NCBI GenBank assembly: GCA_032654565.1
Contig: JAULAX010000004.1
Span: 1 to 27,360 of the forward strand
Origin: Anaeromyxobacteraceae bacterium
GTDB taxonomy: Bacteria > Myxococcota > Myxococcia > Myxococcales > Anaeromyxobacteraceae
Length of the DNA stretch: 27,360 nt
Reading direction: 5' to 3'
The first letter of the stretch is position 1; each line of letters starts with the position of its first letter. The notes under the pieces were generated by a model. The model saw only the letters and a list, made by a program, of their open reading frames with translations, was not told the origin of the DNA and did no database searches. This document shows, one piece after another, positions 25,167 to 27,360 of this stretch. The position numbers and the translations under genes were made by a program.

Positions 25167-25985
25167 ATGCCCCAGGCCCGACCTCCGCGCCGCCTCCCGG
25201 CCACCGACCGCCACCTCCTCTACGAGCGGGCCGTGCAGTCGCCCGACGCCGAGCTCGGGCTGCTGAACCGCCTGCTCCGGCGCGCCGGCCAGCCGGCCCG
25301 CTGGCTGCGCGAGGACTTCAGCGGCACGGCGCTGCTCTCGGCCAGCTGGGTGCGCTCCGGCCCGGGGCGGATCGCCGTGGCCGTCGACCTCGATCCCGCG
25401 GTCCACCGCTGGGCGGCGGAGCACCGGCTGCCCGGGCTGGGCCGGGCGGCCGACCGGCTGCGGCTCTGCCAGGCCGACGTGCGCCGCGCCCCGCCCGGCC
25501 CGTTCGACGCCATCCTCGCCCTCAACTTCAGCTACCAGGTCTTCCAGCGGCGGGCGGAGCTCAGGGCCTACCTGGCGGCGGCGCGCCGGTCGCTGGTCCC
25601 CGGCGGCCTCTTCATGCTCGACCTCTTCGGCGGCTGGCTGTCGCAGCAGCCGGTCACCGAGCGGCGGCGCCTCGGCGGCGGCGTCACCTACGTCTGGGAG
25701 CACCAGGCCTGCGATCCCATCACCCACCGGATCCGCTGCGCCATCCACTTCGAGCTCCCCGGCGGGCGGCGCCTGGCGCGCGCCTTCACCTACGACTGGC
25801 GGCTCTGGTCCCTCCCCGAGCTCCGCGACCTGCTGGCCGAGGCCGGCTTCGACCGGATCGAGGTGCAGTGGGACGTGGAGCCGCCCGGCGTCGAGCCGCG
25901 CTACCGGCCGCGGCGCCACGCCGCCAACCAGGGGGCGTGGCTGGCCTACCTGGTGGGGCGGCGGCCCGGCCGGACCGCCCGGTAG
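25167..25985 (+). CDS. Class I SAM-dependent methyltransferase, 272 aa
   Basis: LREDFSGTA motif-I variant, AVDLD, FDAILALNFSY, LVPGGLFMLDLFGG, ELRDLLAEAGF. Confidence 0.88.
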   Translation: MPQARPPRRLPATDRHLLYERAVQSPDAELGLLNRLLRRAGQPARWLREDFSGTALLSASWVRSGPGRIAVAVDLDPAVHRWAAEHRLPGLGRAADRLRLCQADVRRAPPGPFDAILALNFSYQVFQRRAELRAYLAAARRSLVPGGLFMLDLFGGWLSQQPVTERRRLGGGVTYVWEHQACDPITHRIRCAIHFELPGGRRLARAFTYDWRLWSLPELRDLLAEAGFDRIEVQWDVEPPGVEPRYRPRRHAANQGAWLAYLVGRRPGRTAR

Positions 25986-26013
25986 GGCCTCTCCCGAAGG
26001 CCCCGCCACCGGC

Positions 26014-26042
26014 TTGCCATCGACGAGGCGCTGGCCTAGAAC
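26014..26042 (+). promoter_or_regulatory. Candidate sigma70-type promoter for the FG-GAP gene
   Basis: TTGCCA (26014-26019), 17-nt spacer, TAGAAC (26037-26042), upstream of AGGAGG and ATG 26071. Confidence 0.45.
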
Positions 26043-26070
26043 GGGGCCATCCGCCGAGAGGAGGTCCCCC

Positions 26071-27288
26071 ATGCCTCGCCCCGCTTCCCGAGTCCGCGCC
26101 GCCGTCGCCGCGCTCGCCGCCGCGGCCGTCCTGCCGCTCACCGGCTGCACCTCCACCGAGCCGCCGCCGCTGCAGGGGTGGACCACCGAGGCGGTGGCGG
26201 TGGCCGACCTCGACCGGAACCTCTTCCCGGACGTGGTCAGCGCCATCTCGGTCTACAGCGAGACCGCCTTCCTGCCCGGCTTCCTCTCCGTCCGGCTCCA
26301 GTCGCCGGTCTCCCCCGGCGCCTTCCAGGCCCCCTCCCGGACCACCACCTGCCTCGACCCGGAGGCCATCGCCCTCGGCGATCTCGACGGGGACGGCCTG
26401 CCCGACGCCGCCGTGGCCTGCGGCGTCGCCGACGGCGCCGGCTACCAGGTGGCCATCCACCTCCAGGCCGGTGGCCAACCCGCGGTCTTCGCCCCGCCCA
26501 CCCGGGTCTCCACCGGCGCCGCCCGCCCCAGCTCGCTCCGGCTCGCCGACCTCGACGGCGACGGCCGCCTCGACCTGGTGGTCGGCACCACCGACGGCAC
26601 CAGCCTGCTGGTCTACTTCCAGGTGGCCGGGCCGGCGGCCGCCGCCAGCTTCGCCCCGCCGGTCTCGCTCGACGTCGGTGCCGCCCCCGTCGCGGTGGCG
26701 GTCGGCGATCTCACCGGCGCCAACCGGCTCGACCTGGTGGCCACCACCGCCGACGGCCGCGTCGTGGTCCTGCTCCACGACACCGCCCCCGGGACCTTCC
26801 GGCCGGCCGCCTCCTCCCCGGCCGGCCTCTACCCGGTGGCGGTCGAGATCGCCGACCTCGACACCGACGGCCGCCCCGACCTGCTCATCGCCGACGCCAG
26901 CGGAGCGCTGCTGGTCCTGACCCAGGCCGCGAGCGGCGGCGGCCTCTTCGGGCCGGCGGTGGCCCGTGACGTCCACGACCAGGCCACCCGGGCGCTCTCG
27001 GTGGCCGACCTCGACGGCGACGGCCGGCTCGACCTGGTGGTGGCCAGCGCCGGGCCGCCCGGCCTGCCCGGCTCGGTGGCGGTCTTCCTCCAGGCGCCGG
27101 CGCCGGCCGCGCCCGGCGAGCTGCTCCCGCCCCAGCTCTACACCGGCTACCAGGGGCCGGTCTCCATCGTGGCGGCCAACCTCGACGGAGACGGCCTCCC
27201 CGACCTGGTCATCGCCGACGGGTGGCCGACGATCCGCTTCCAGGACCCGGGCGGCCTCTTCCGCCCGCCCATCTTCCTGCGTCATTAG
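26071..27288 (+). CDS. FG-GAP/VCBS repeat beta-propeller lipoprotein, 405 aa
   Basis: AGGAGG RBS; lipobox LTGC; seven DLDGDGxxD-type motifs (DLDRNLFPD, DLDGDGLPD, DLDGDGRLD, DLTGANRLD, DLDTDGRPD, DLDGDGRLD, NLDGDGLPD). Confidence 0.92.
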   Translation: MPRPASRVRAAVAALAAAAVLPLTGCTSTEPPPLQGWTTEAVAVADLDRNLFPDVVSAISVYSETAFLPGFLSVRLQSPVSPGAFQAPSRTTTCLDPEAIALGDLDGDGLPDAAVACGVADGAGYQVAIHLQAGGQPAVFAPPTRVSTGAARPSSLRLADLDGDGRLDLVVGTTDGTSLLVYFQVAGPAAAASFAPPVSLDVGAAPVAVAVGDLTGANRLDLVATTADGRVVVLLHDTAPGTFRPAASSPAGLYPVAVEIADLDTDGRPDLLIADASGALLVLTQAASGGGLFGPAVARDVHDQATRALSVADLDGDGRLDLVVASAGPPGLPGSVAVFLQAPAPAAPGELLPPQLYTGYQGPVSIVAANLDGDGLPDLVIADGWPTIRFQDPGGLFRPPIFLRH

Positions 27289-27360
27289 CCCCGCCCCGGC
27301 GAGCCAGGGTCGCCCGGCGGGCCCGTTCCAATTGGGTCCCCCTCCAGACGAGCCCAGGGG

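Overview
Very GC-rich bacterial DNA whose gene content (PEGA protein, Cys-rich lipoproteins, FG-GAP lipoprotein) suggests Myxococcota, probably Anaeromyxobacter-like; the taxonomy is an inference. The first ~340 bp look like the right end of an element integrated in a tRNA-Arg(ACG) gene: an excisionase-type HTH coding segment missed by the ORF track, the 3' half of the tRNA and a terminator. The HTH frame stays open through the tRNA fragment, as expected for the displaced 3' end of an Mx8-type split integrase. The rest holds about 19 genes: S41 peptidase lipoprotein, hypothetical protein, ferritin-like protein, glycerophosphodiester phosphodiesterase, YkgJ, queuosine-precursor transporter, O-methyltransferase plus penicillin-acylase-family hydrolase, rmlB-rmlD, acyl-CoA dehydrogenase, SAM methyltransferase and an FG-GAP lipoprotein. 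A central divergent locus carries, leftward, cNMP-binding protein > MBL hydrolase > CsgG-like/PEGA protein > ~1750-aa Cys-repeat/NHL lipoprotein broken by a 1-nt frameshift in a G6 run and, rightward, an M19-like amidohydrolase lipoprotein with three 8-Cys repeats, followed by a small convergent lipoprotein. All family calls are from motif recognition; no searches were run. No CRISPR array, rRNA or transposase was seen.
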